From: a virus | Taxonomy: Duplodnaviria; Caudoviricetes | DNA: 64,000 nt | IMG/VR virus record: IMGVR_UViG_3300028840_001835 | Strand: one strand, 5' to 3' | Part shown: in pieces, positions 45,773 to 56,066 of the stretch | Layout of the letters: every line of letters starts with the position of its first letter | How positions within the stretch are numbered: the first letter of the stretch is position 1 | Made by a program: the position numbers and the translations under genes | Notes under the pieces: model-generated | The model's database searches: none | Seen by the model: the letters and a program-made list of their open reading frames with translations, nothing else | Told to the model about the DNA's origin: nothing

Positions 45773-46981
45773 ATGTTTTCATTTATAGTTCCGGGGTTCA
45801 TAGCATGGGTTACTATTATTGCTGCCTTTTTATTTTTAGTGTCATTCTTGACACGAAACAATAAGTCATTATCTGATGTCTTTTTTGCATTAAGTCTTGT
45901 AACAATAGCCTTTTGCACTATCATTGGGATAGTATCTAATCATCACAAGATACATAGGGTTTATTATCCAGTAGAGATCGTAAGGTCTCAGACAGCCATA
46001 ATGCTTAGGGATACGGATGACAAATTTGTTAGAACAATCGAGATGAAATTTAAAGACGAACCAGATTCATTGTTATGTATCAAACATCGTAAGGCCTATA
46101 GTCCCCTTGGCGTAAATACGATAGATGAGAAAACAGTTGTCTTTTGCGATGTATTTGGAGGCGAATAATGTTCGTCGGTGAGTTTTTTGCAATTGGATTC
46201 TTTTTTACCTTTGGAGCCATATTTTGTTTTGAGGGTATTCTATTTATTTTCGGACTTCTATTCGACTCTGACAATCTTTCCTTATTTGTGGTGCTCTCAT
46301 TTCTTGTTACGCTTGTAATCTTTATAGTTTGGTCGACTGAAGATAATAGAAGGGCAACTCGGTTACTGGAGGGTGAGAACGTATGGAGAACCAAACATAA
46401 TATTTACGTAGAGAAGAAAGGTATAGTCGTCGGAACGGTTGACATGGCGTTTGTCGATTTGCATGATAGTTCATTCTGTATTGAAAGTAGTCTTGATTAT
46501 ACATATTGGGGATATACAAATAAAAAACCAAAGTACAATGTCATTAAATGTCCGGAGGAATGGACGAAAGGAGAACAGGATGTTTGTAGGTGAGTATTTC
46601 ATACTAGGGTACTTCATCGGTTGGGGACTCGGTATACTTGCGTTTATTGCTCTAGCATTACTTATCTCTATTTTAACTGATGCAGGGGAACCTGTTGCGA
46701 TAGGTATATTGGTTGGTACATTCTGGTTTTTTGGAATCACCATGAACGGATTGGTCTCAGAAAAGACAGAGAACTCCAGATTATTGCCAGCACATAATGT
46801 GATGAGGTCAGATTTTCAAATTGTCGTGGAGCATGAAGAGGTATCCGTCTCAACAGATGAGATACGATTTACCATCGAACCTGACTCAAATCTCTGCATA
46901 AAACAGTCGGTCTGGTTCAATCATTTTGGATATAACAACGAAGAACCTGTAAATGAAGTTCATAAATGCGATTCTTTCTAA
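45773..46981 (+). other. three tandem paralogous 2-TM proteins (45773-46168, 46168-46593, 46580-46981)
   Basis: N-terminal TM pair plus soluble domain with (P/H)DS..CI and G(V/Y)(N/T). Confidence 0.75.
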
Positions 46982-47041
46982 CCCGTGTCGGCGGTTTTAA
47001 AGGTGGTTTAAGGCCGTCAAATTCTGGGCGTTTTACGAAAC

Positions 47042-47049
47042 TATAAATA
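47042..47049 (+). promoter_or_regulatory. T4-like late promoter
   Basis: TATAAATA upstream of 47089. Confidence 0.65.
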
Positions 47050-47050
47050 G

Positions 47051-47074
47051 AAAAAAGGGGCGCTACGGCGCCCC
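47051..47074 (-). terminator. intrinsic terminator for minus-strand transcripts
   Basis: GGGGCGC-CGTA-GCGCCCC-TTTTTT. Confidence 0.8.
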
Positions 47075-47088
47075 ATACTGATGAAGAG

Positions 47089-47433
47089 GTGGTTATGAAT
47101 AACAAGATCATATTTACATTCCTGAAATGCTCAGGAAATCCCGAAGAGAGTATACTGACCAATGTATCAATTGTCCAAATTCAGGAGAGAGGAATACAGG
47201 TCAAAAAGAATTATCCTATTCCAAAGATACTTCATAAAAAGTTCTACATGAACAAATTTGTAAAGCACCTGGAAGGCCATCTTAATAATCTTTTGATGGA
47301 TGGTGGACAACTCCTATTGGCCATGAAGTCAAAGGACGAGTTCCCTAGGGCCCTCGCCTTGTTCCTCTATAGGATTCAATCTACTTTTAAGGGGAAAATT
47401 GATGGTGTTATTTGTGGTGTCGAGGACGTCTGA
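47089..47433 (+). CDS. hypothetical late protein
   Basis: ORF with SD; stop abuts the convergent gene. Confidence 0.65.
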   Translation: MVMNNKIIFTFLKCSGNPEESILTNVSIVQIQERGIQVKKNYPIPKILHKKFYMNKFVKHLEGHLNNLLMDGGQLLLAMKSKDEFPRALALFLYRIQSTFKGKIDGVICGVEDV

Positions 47434-47889
47434 TTACTTGTTACGCCACGAGTCCTCAAACATATAACACAGTGCTGGTCTATCATTCCAGTGTTGAGCA
47501 CTAAACCTATCAATCTCTTCCTCAGTAAGTGCTTTGATAGGTATATCGGCATTACCAAAAAACTTAACTTTGTAATTGGCCAACTCACGTATGGCCTTTA
47601 TCTGTTTCGGGTCTCTCATAAGAACAAGGGCCTTTGCAGGATTGGTCCGAATCTGTTCTATCCTATCCATCGCCCATTTTGCCTTATAGTCACCCGTCCA
47701 GAAAATAATAGGTTTCGTTATCTGCTTGGATAACTGAAGATATAGATAATACCTTCTTTTCTTAATCTCTTTGATTTGGGATGCAACATCCCTCCAACCA
47801 AATGGTGTTTTTTGACGTTTGCATCCAATGATTTTCTGGCCAATGATTGTATGATAACCCAGACCGAAGAATTCCACCTCACACTTCAT
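47434..47889 (-). CDS. EFFG-family paralog
   Basis: EVEFFGLGY...PIIFW...KVKFFG...IPIK. Confidence 0.75.
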   Translation of the reverse strand: MKCEVEFFGLGYHTIIGQKIIGCKRQKTPFGWRDVASQIKEIKKRRYYLYLQLSKQITKPIIFWTGDYKAKWAMDRIEQIRTNPAKALVLMRDPKQIKAIRELANYKVKFFGNADIPIKALTEEEIDRFSAQHWNDRPALCYMFEDSWRNK

Positions 47890-50219
47890 TGTTGCCTCCT
47901 TTTATAAACTTAAGGAATTCCTTGAATCTTTCCTTGTTAAAGGCCAACTTCATTTCGGCCACATAGAAAGTCTTTCCATCTGAACCCTTTTGACTATAGG
48001 CTCGGGTCCCGGAGTTTAGTCTAACATATGATTCAGTAGATGATATCTTTACATGATCAATTTTCATCTCATCTAATAGACCTTGTAGTTCTATTAACAA
48101 TATATTGTTTACCTTTTCCTCTCTCTCAGCCTTCTGTTTCTTTAACTGAAGTATCTTTATACTTTCATATATGGCCTTCTTGACAGCCTGTATGTACTGT
48201 TCATCTGAGTTGTAGTTATTAGAACAGACTATAGTGTTGTTACCAGGACGCCAAACTTTGACCATATCTTCATAGATAACAAACTCGACAGCAGTCTTGG
48301 TACCACCAATATAGGGGAGAATGATTTCTCCCCTTTTATCGTGCTTCATCTTAACGCCATGGAATCTACTCTTTATAACGTTAATTAATTTCTTCTCCCT
48401 ATTCTTCATACTTGAATACACCTGCATTGATGAATCCCGTGATAATCTCCTTTAATTGAAATTTATCAAGGGAGAGTTCCAGACCGGAGTATCTAGCCGG
48501 AAGCCGGATATAGGTCTCGTATCGTGTACCCTCTTTAAGATCCCTTGGTGTGATCTTTATAGATAACTGTTTTCGAGAGTCCTTCTTGATGGCGTCCTTA
48601 GAACCTTTTATTCTAAGTTCACCCTCATCGATCTCTACATTGAAACCTATGTCGGCCGAGACCTTTCCTGCGAGAGCCATAAGGGCAAACTCATCTTTCT
48701 TCTTTTGGATGGCTGCCTGTTTCTCCATCTCGGCCTTGGTCTCTGCAAACTTCTCAATAGACTCGATCAACTTACTGACATTCAACCTACCCTTGGTCTT
48801 TTTCTTCTCTGAGATCCTGAGATATTTATCCTTGTCGGCCGTACCAAAATCATATTCGCTTCGTGCGACCATGACCTTAATCCTCGAGCAAGAACGGTAA
48901 TAAGAATTTGGTTCACTAACCCTATCAAACCTCAAAAACACTGTGGCGTTCTTAACCGTTAGTTTCCCTCTACTCTCATCATACTTGGGACCATACTTAC
49001 CCTTAAAGAAGGCCTTGACTTTTTGCTTACGACCGCCGTAACCATCGTCATCAGTAAACTCGATGTAGGTATGCTTATAGGTATGTAATAGTTTTATCAC
49101 CAACTCTGGTTCTTTTGTTTTGGACATTAGAATCTCCTTTCTCTGGATTGCCTTCATTTAAAATTTATAAAAACCCAAAGATTTGTCAAACTTTTTTGTT
49201 CTCTTTTTCCAAAAAGTCGACCATCATATTGAAGGTTCTTGTCCTAAGGAGTACAGTTGAGGAAATCACCAAACCAAAAGGCCATAGAGTTGTTGCCAAC
49301 ATTGAAAACCCTAACAAGGTAAATAACCATCTTGATATGGTATCAAAAAATCCGGAGGCGCCCTCTGCGTTTAAATACTTTTCAAATAACTGTTTGGTTT
49401 TCTCTATTAACTCCTCAGTTATATCTGCAGAGGAGTTTTTGACTCTTATTATTTCCGTTAGACTTCTCCAGACAAATACATGAATAAAGAAAAACACCAT
49501 ACATGATACCGAATGAATTATGAGTAATGTTAGACAGAGGCCTGTAGCAAAAGGTGATAGTGGAACACTAAACACAATACTAAACACATAGGCCAGCATC
49601 AGCAGATTAATAAGTATTATGATCTTTTTATTTATCATTCTTTGTTTAAAACTATGCCAGTTGAATTACTATTGGAGTAGAACTTTGGTTTATTTGCAAA
49701 CTCCTTCTCCTGGATCGCATCAAAGAACTTCTGAACGTCATCAATAGACGTTTGTTTCTCCTTCTTCTTTCCGCCGGTTTGCCAGATGGCTTTTTCGGCC
49801 TCATGTGCCTTTTCATTAAACTCCTCAACCTTGTTAAGAAGATCCAGCCAGGTTGAATATTGAGCAAAGTTGGTCTGTGGAACTTCATCCAGAAACATAC
49901 TCGCCTTGGTCTCAGCAAAACTTCTAACATCAGGATGAACCTCTCGACCAAGATTGACTGCACAGACTGACTTGTTTCTGGAGGTTTCAAATATTTGTCT
50001 GGCAACCTCGGAACTACAACCTTTTCTATTCCACTTCCAGCTGAACGCCCCTTTCTTGTCAAACTCAATTATAAACTCTATATCACAAGACCCTTTTGTT
50101 GTTCCATTCTTTACGGTTGGAAAGAAATGTAACTTTATACTCTGTGCCGATATCTTTACCTTCTCAATCTGTTTCTTTTTTGCCTTTGGTTTGGGTGTGA
50201 TGTTTTTTGCCATATACAT
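47879..50219 (-). other. four hypothetical genes (47879-48427, 48399-49157, 49186-49638 membrane, 49635-50219)
   Basis: Overlapping ORFs with natural composition. Confidence 0.75.
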
Positions 50220-50230
50220 ATCTCCAATTA

Positions 50231-50623
50231 TTATTTTATTTTCTTTTTGAACCTGACAAACTCTTTTTTAAAGTTATCACGAACCTCATTAAACACCCGT
50301 GACTCATTAATATATTTAATGATTATATTTCCTGGATTCTTTGGTGTCATGTCAGGAAACATATCTATCTTTAATTTTGCGAGAAAGCCTAGTGTTGTAT
50401 TGTCTTTATTTATCAGGGCGGTACCCTTGTCAGATATTATCTTAAAGGCGATCTCCAATTCATTCACATGAATCTTTCTACCAAACAACTGAATATGTTT
50501 ACCACCAAAATCAGCAAGAAGATAAAACCCGACAACATCACTATCCTTTGGCGGTCTTACCATATCTATACAGGTGATATCCACCCATAGATTATTACAG
50601 AATACCTGTTCTCTGTTGTTCAT
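50231..50623 (-). CDS. divergent EFFG-family paralog
   Basis: FYLLADFGG...ALI...LAKLKIDMFP. Confidence 0.6.
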   Translation of the reverse strand: MNNREQVFCNNLWVDITCIDMVRPPKDSDVVGFYLLADFGGKHIQLFGRKIHVNELEIAFKIISDKGTALINKDNTTLGFLAKLKIDMFPDMTPKNPGNIIIKYINESRVFNEVRDNFKKEFVRFKKKIK

Positions 50624-51048
50624 ACCTTTTTCTTGAACATATCAAACTTTTTATTAAATATCTTGATCTCATCTTGCCATTTATCATTAAGCTCCTTGCC
50701 CGCCTTAGTAAGATGGATGAGCTCCTTTATACAGTTGATTGGAATGGAATCTGGAAAATGGTTAACCTTTAATTTTGCCAACTCACCAAGATCCTTATCG
50801 TCCTTGAATAACAAGGCCTTCTCCTTCTTAGTGATGACCTCAAGCACATCACCCAATCTGGATGTAAGAAACTTCTTTTTATACATGATGTTTGGCACCT
50901 TATCTATCTTATAACAGACAGCAATCTCCGTCATTGAGCTTGACTCCAACTTTAGATCGGTACCTACCAGATCAATGTACATCCGTTTACAGATGATTGT
51001 ATATTTGGGCATTAGACCTCTCTCTTTGTGCCATGTATCCATTTGCAA
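50620..51048 (-). CDS. divergent EFFG-family paralog
   Basis: ALLF...LAKLKVNHFP..IPI. Confidence 0.55.
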   Translation of the reverse strand: MQMDTWHKERGLMPKYTIICKRMYIDLVGTDLKLESSSMTEIAVCYKIDKVPNIMYKKKFLTSRLGDVLEVITKKEKALLFKDDKDLGELAKLKVNHFPDSIPINCIKELIHLTKAGKELNDKWQDEIKIFNKKFDMFKKKV

Positions 51049-52307
51049 GTCGGAAATCTTAGAGAGACCTTACCCTCTTTGTTTCTTGACTCCTCAAAAT
51101 ATTGAACAGTGATCATCTTACCAACTATCAGTTTTGGATCGTGATAACAATTCACACGCTGTTCAATTGTGAATCCTGAGCCAACACTAACCCTCTCACC
51201 TTTATGCTCTATTATGACATTGGTCATACATTCGGTGATCTCCTGACCCTGACCCTTGATTGTATGCTGAAAAGGTCCTGTCTCAATGTCAAGCACCTTG
51301 TACTCGGCATCATAAAACTTCTTGACCTTAAGAAGATCATTAGACCTCTTGCCCTTGTATCCACTATCCTTTCTGAGCATAAGACCCTCCCATCCTTTCT
51401 TGGCAGACTCATCCTGTAATCTGGCAAAGGACTTCTCTGTGAGTTTTTCCTGTTCAAGAAATGATATGGTCTTGAAACTCTTACCCTTAAAGGCAGACTT
51501 CAATGTCGCAAGTCTGGCACTAAGATTTGTATTGCCTGCCTTGTTATCAAATTCATCTTCAGTGAGAACATCAAATACCTTGAACATTGGGTTCTCGATG
51601 GTGTAATCCTTCTTCCTTATCAGCTTCATGATCGACTGAAAATCCTCATCGCCGTTTTCATCCATTATACAAATCTCTCCGTCAAGGACAAAGTCTCCGC
51701 CAATGCGTAACTTCTGAAGTTCTGGAATCAGGTTATCAAGTGTATAAAAAGGTTTGCCCTTCCTTGAAAAGAACAGGAAGCCGTTACCCTTCTTCATAAC
51801 TATACATCTGCAACCGTCGAGCTTTCGGCTAACCAACCAAGAACCATCAAACGTGACATGCTTGGCTGTCTTTTTATCATATGGATAAGCCAGCGCCACA
51901 TCAAATGTCGGAATGGTATTTGGTAAGGCCTTGTTTATTGTAGATGAAGAAATGCCAACATTAAGATTCCTTCCAAGTATGTTCTCAATAATCTCCTGAG
52001 ACTCCTCATCAAAACCGTTTAGTAAAACCTCGATCTCATTTAAGGCATCATGACCTCTAACAGACCTAGCAGATAGCCTGGATAAAAGATCCTCAACAAC
52101 CTTAAAATCTTTAGGATTGTCTATAGACCTCTTTCCGACCTCTGTGGGTTCTGGAATCTGCTTGGCATAAAAGTTCAGTTGTTTGTTATAAGTCCACTTC
52201 AGAATCTTTACAAGAACCTTATTGGAGGCGTTATCACTAAGGATCTCCTCCTTGTCTAACTTACTGGCCGTATTCTCCAGTTCGTCAAGTATATCAACTA
52301 TTCTCAT
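51012..52307 (-). CDS. lig: ATP-dependent DNA ligase
   Basis: SRKLDGCRC, LDGEI, VFDV, EGLMLR, KVK; OB-fold tail RFP. Confidence 0.95.
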   Translation of the reverse strand: MRIVDILDELENTASKLDKEEILSDNASNKVLVKILKWTYNKQLNFYAKQIPEPTEVGKRSIDNPKDFKVVEDLLSRLSARSVRGHDALNEIEVLLNGFDEESQEIIENILGRNLNVGISSSTINKALPNTIPTFDVALAYPYDKKTAKHVTFDGSWLVSRKLDGCRCIVMKKGNGFLFFSRKGKPFYTLDNLIPELQKLRIGGDFVLDGEICIMDENGDEDFQSIMKLIRKKDYTIENPMFKVFDVLTEDEFDNKAGNTNLSARLATLKSAFKGKSFKTISFLEQEKLTEKSFARLQDESAKKGWEGLMLRKDSGYKGKRSNDLLKVKKFYDAEYKVLDIETGPFQHTIKGQGQEITECMTNVIIEHKGERVSVGSGFTIEQRVNCYHDPKLIVGKMITVQYFEESRNKEGKVSLRFPTCKWIHGTKREV

Positions 52308-52846
52308 GCTTTTCTCCCGCTGAGTGCTGTGGAAAAAGTTTCATCTGTTCCGACCTTGGAGTCTTTTATAACATCGGTCAGGAACTTATCGACAAAATCC
52401 TTGGTGAACCGAAACACACTATCATCCCCGGCCTTATCTATCTTACCTGAGATGTGCAAGGTCTCGATCTTGTTCTTCTGAATGAAGTCGACCATCATCC
52501 TTGGGGAGCTTGGTGACTGGATGGAGATATTAAATATGGGCTTTCTCGCCCTATCGCACATATCTCTCACAAACTGTTCCGGTTTTGTTATGTCATTCTC
52601 AGACCCTATGAACAGTACAGTTCCCTGGGAGTTCTCAATGTTCTGCGCAACGGCGTGCGGAAACTTCTCGGTCTTCATCTCTGTCAATCCAAAGACCTTC
52701 AGCTTGGGCTGATCACCATGCGCAGTTCTATAATCCTTTGGTATAAAACCGCCCGTCGGACAATCCTTCAAAAAAGCCGCCGCCAGAGCTCCCTGCTCTG
52801 CACCTTCCTGTCCACTATTCACAATCTTCTTTAAACAAAGGTTCAT
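52304..52846 (-). CDS. SLOG-family (MoCo-carrier/YpsA-like) protein
   Basis: KIVNSGQEGAEQGAL...TGGFIPK...N...S.GT. Confidence 0.75.
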   Translation of the reverse strand: MNLCLKKIVNSGQEGAEQGALAAAFLKDCPTGGFIPKDYRTAHGDQPKLKVFGLTEMKTEKFPHAVAQNIENSQGTVLFIGSENDITKPEQFVRDMCDRARKPIFNISIQSPSSPRMMVDFIQKNKIETLHISGKIDKAGDDSVFRFTKDFVDKFLTDVIKDSKVGTDETFSTALSGRKA

Positions 52847-52882
52847 GATCTATCCTTTCATTCTGTGGTACTTTTCGATTAA

Positions 52883-52910
52883 AATGTAGTAAATATTTTT
52901 ACTTTGTCAA
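52883..52910 (-). promoter_or_regulatory. sigma70-type promoter for the ligase operon
   Basis: TTGACA-N16-TACATT. Confidence 0.7.
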
Positions 52911-53468
52911 GTTGTTTTTTTTGACGAATCGGTCCCTGGTCTTTTTATCCCAGGAATGAAAGTAGGTATAAAACCTCTTCTCTGAACATTGATTTGGAGA
53001 ATGGAATCTCTCCTTCACCCATTCAAACCTCTCATTATCAATTAGGCCTAAACAGTACGGGTTTATAATATAAATGCAAAGTATATCGGCCAGCTCCTCA
53101 TCATAGTTATCACTGGACTGTGGTGTTAGGTAACAATGTTGATTAGAAAATCCTGCCTTCCTGTATTGTTTTATTAGGTCTGTCTTATGATTTATTAGGT
53201 GGGCGTACTCATGTATAAGAACAGAGAAAAGACTATAATCCTCAGGATGCCCAATTCTAACAGGATCGTTCTCATCGAAGTTAAGTGGATTGATGTATAT
53301 GTTGGTATCTTCTGGATGTTTATCGACACGGACGAATCCGAGAAACTTTGAATTAAAGTTGAATTTAATTTCAACCTTAAATGAAAGAAGGTTCCTCTTC
53401 TGGAACCTTTCTATCAGTCTGTAAGCTCTCTTATAGACCCCTGGTGTATTAACGAGTTCAATCCTCAT
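52899..53468 (-). CDS. HEXXH zinc metallopeptidase-like protein
   Basis: LIHEYAH...EELAD. Confidence 0.75.
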   Translation of the reverse strand: MRIELVNTPGVYKRAYRLIERFQKRNLLSFKVEIKFNFNSKFLGFVRVDKHPEDTNIYINPLNFDENDPVRIGHPEDYSLFSVLIHEYAHLINHKTDLIKQYRKAGFSNQHCYLTPQSSDNYDEELADILCIYIINPYCLGLIDNERFEWVKERFHSPNQCSEKRFYTYFHSWDKKTRDRFVKKNNLTK

Positions 53469-53480
53469 GTAACTCCCGGT

Positions 53481-54017
53481 CTATTTGGTCAGCTTCTGTA
53501 TCTCCTTCCCAATGTCGATCAAGGACTTCTTATCGAATTCCTTTTTTAGTTTCTTTTCATCAAATTTCTTCTTGGCCTTCTTTAACGCCTCTATGTATTT
53601 CTTCCAGAGCTTGTCTTTCTGCTTCGGATTTAGTTTACCAACTGTAGTTGACTCCTCAAGGGGTTCCATGTCCATAGTCATTTCCCCTTCATCTCCACCA
53701 AATACATCGGTCGTGAATATACGGAAACTCTGAGCCTCATGTCCAAACATCTGTCCTGCAGGATCGGGTCCTAAATCAAGATACTCGTCCTGATTGCCAG
53801 AGAAGGAAATGGTAATGTGGTCGACATTCCATCTATGGTTTGTGATAAACTCAGCAAGTGTTCCCTTGGTGATACCAAGTATTTGAACAAACTCGTCAGT
53901 GGTGTATTGAACGCCCCAATCAAGGAGCTCTGCTTCCACGTTGTTATGTATCGCATCGACTATCTGTTGATGTGTAGGAGTGTTCATCTCCTCATTAAGT
54001 AGGTGCTTAAACTTCAT
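53481..54017 (-). CDS. putative capsid-internal protein (CTS-like)
   Basis: MKFKHLLNE. Confidence 0.65.
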   Translation of the reverse strand: MKFKHLLNEEMNTPTHQQIVDAIHNNVEAELLDWGVQYTTDEFVQILGITKGTLAEFITNHRWNVDHITISFSGNQDEYLDLGPDPAGQMFGHEAQSFRIFTTDVFGGDEGEMTMDMEPLEESTTVGKLNPKQKDKLWKKYIEALKKAKKKFDEKKLKKEFDKKSLIDIGKEIQKLTK

Positions 54018-54030
54018 GTATCTACTCCTT

Positions 54031-54258
54031 TTAGTATTTCAGTAGTGCCTTTTTGAAATTGATAATTCCTTTTTGAATATCATCATAAGCCTTACTAGCT
54101 GCTTTAAAATGGCGTACCATTTTTGAATCTTCCTCTGACGCCATTTCGAATCCTGGAAGTATGTCCTCCATAAAATCAATTAGAGGATCTGCTTTCTTTT
54201 GAAAATCCTGAGCCTCTTGTTTGTTCTCACCTAAAAACTCTTTAAATGTATCTGCCAT
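54031..54258 (-). CDS. putative capsid-internal protein (CTS-like)
   Basis: MADTFKEFLGE. Confidence 0.7.
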   Translation of the reverse strand: MADTFKEFLGENKQEAQDFQKKADPLIDFMEDILPGFEMASEEDSKMVRHFKAASKAYDDIQKGIINFKKALLKY

Positions 54259-54264
54259 GATATT

Positions 54265-54501
54265 CTACTCCCATTTTATTCTACCAACAACCTTCTTGAA
54301 TTGAGCAAATTGTTTTTGAAGTTTCTCCCAGCTATTGTCAACTATTTTATAAATTGATCTTAGATTAGGATCCTCATCCTTATCCAGTTCAAGTTCGCCA
54401 ACTATTGTATCAGCTTGCTCTGCAAAAGCAGTCCATGCCTTATCGAGTTTCTTAATATCCTCTTTGTCCTCTTTGACGAAATCTTTAAATGTGTCTGCCA
54501 T
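54265..54501 (-). CDS. putative capsid-internal protein (CTS-like)
   Basis: MADTFKDFVKE; TATAAATA at 54528-54535. Confidence 0.7.
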   Translation of the reverse strand: MADTFKDFVKEDKEDIKKLDKAWTAFAEQADTIVGELELDKDEDPNLRSIYKIVDNSWEKLQKQFAQFKKVVGRIKWE

Positions 54502-54538
54502 AATATTCTCCTTTAGGCCTTTTCATATATTTATATTT

Positions 54539-55054
54539 TCAGGTGATCCCCAAGATCCTGAATATCTCGTCAATATGAATAGGTTTGTAACGGGTATTCT
54601 CTATAGAAACATTAAACCCACACCTCACATCGGGGTCCCCATTATTATGGACATGACCATAGAGCAGAATGTCACCGTGGTAATCTGGAAGGGGGAAATG
54701 GGACAGAACTATGTCCTTTTCTCTGTATCGGACTGTGATATTCTGACGGCAATTTGTCGTCAATACATCCTCACTAAATTTGCCCAATCTCTTATCGTGA
54801 TTTCCGTGAAGAAAATACTTCTCGCCGTTTAGGGCTTCCCAAATCTTTTTGGCATTTGTTTTTCTTCCGAAAATAAAATCACCTAGAAAGAATATCACGT
54901 CCTCATTAGACACAGTTCTGTTCCAGTTTGCAAATAGTACGGCGTTCATCTCCTCCACGGACTTGAACGGTCTATCACAATATTCAATAATGTTTCTATG
55001 AAAAAGATGAAGATCACTTGTAACATAGAAACCTTTTTCATCGATCTCTACCAT
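54539..55054 (-). CDS. calcineurin-like metallophosphoesterase
   Basis: SDLH, LGD, GNHD, SH, GHVH. Confidence 0.92.
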   Translation of the reverse strand: MVEIDEKGFYVTSDLHLFHRNIIEYCDRPFKSVEEMNAVLFANWNRTVSNEDVIFFLGDFIFGRKTNAKKIWEALNGEKYFLHGNHDKRLGKFSEDVLTTNCRQNITVRYREKDIVLSHFPLPDYHGDILLYGHVHNNGDPDVRCGFNVSIENTRYKPIHIDEIFRILGIT

Positions 55055-55073
55055 AAACTATCTTTCAATTGAA

Positions 55074-56066
55074 TTAGAATTCTTCCAGCATATATAGGTA
55101 CTCGGCCAGGGAGCTACTCTCCTTTAGCCTGTCCTTCCTTGCTAATTCTTTTGACTTGGTGAATAGGTCTGTGATGACCTTGAACATCCTACCGTTTGAT
55201 AGGTTGATTACTATACCTTCCATCTCGGAGCCCCATTTACCCGTAACGAATGAACCACGGATCTTGTTGGCAACCTTTTTCTGGAACTTTAATATCTCCG
55301 CCTTTATCTCTTTCCTCTTCTGAACGGCAGGGCGCTTCCTAGACTTATCAAGGAGTACATCCTTGATCTTCTGTTTGTGTTTCTTCTCTATAACGTCAAC
55401 CGCTTTCTTTATCTGCTTGATCTCATTCTTTAATGTAACCTTCTTAAACACCTTTACTATGGTGTCATCAAAAATAATATTCTTATCACTAATAGCTTTT
55501 ATTTCGGATATTATCTTTTTGGATTTAGGATGCTGATGGCCCTCCCCATCCTGTACATCAATCAGTATGAACGATGCCCAGTTACCAAGTAGATCACGTT
55601 TATATTGTATTGCCACAAACTTCACGTCCTGGGACACTGGTGTTTTAGACTTACCGTTCGGAAGATAGAATGCCTCGCAAATTATCTTTATACCCGTCGG
55701 TGTATTATACTTTCTAAGTATATCAAGTAATTTCTTAAACTTACTTAACCTCTCCAGTATATCATCATAACCTTTACTTATCTCATTGGCCGTGCCGAAT
55801 TTCTTTTTGGTATAAGCAGCAAAGGCCCCTACATCAAAGACGGGGCCTGAGTGCGAGGACTCTATGAAAAACTTTCCTTTCTCATCTAGACCAAAACGTA
55901 ATCCAAAACCGTCGGCCTTCTCGGTCACCGATGCAATTTCCGGTGTTATACTGGAGTCGTTCTTCTCTATGAAATTTATTATGTCAAGAAAGTCTGTGGT
56001 CTTGATCCCCATGACCTCCTTGTCCAAATGCGGGACCCCTGCCCGTTTTGTCTTTTGAATTGGCAT
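55074..56066 (-). CDS. ligase-fold nucleotidyltransferase-like protein
   Basis: TEKADG, E(AFY), EGIV, FKV. Confidence 0.7.
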   Translation of the reverse strand: MPIQKTKRAGVPHLDKEVMGIKTTDFLDIINFIEKNDSSITPEIASVTEKADGFGLRFGLDEKGKFFIESSHSGPVFDVGAFAAYTKKKFGTANEISKGYDDILERLSKFKKLLDILRKYNTPTGIKIICEAFYLPNGKSKTPVSQDVKFVAIQYKRDLLGNWASFILIDVQDGEGHQHPKSKKIISEIKAISDKNIIFDDTIVKVFKKVTLKNEIKQIKKAVDVIEKKHKQKIKDVLLDKSRKRPAVQKRKEIKAEILKFQKKVANKIRGSFVTGKWGSEMEGIVINLSNGRMFKVITDLFTKSKELARKDRLKESSSLAEYLYMLEEF

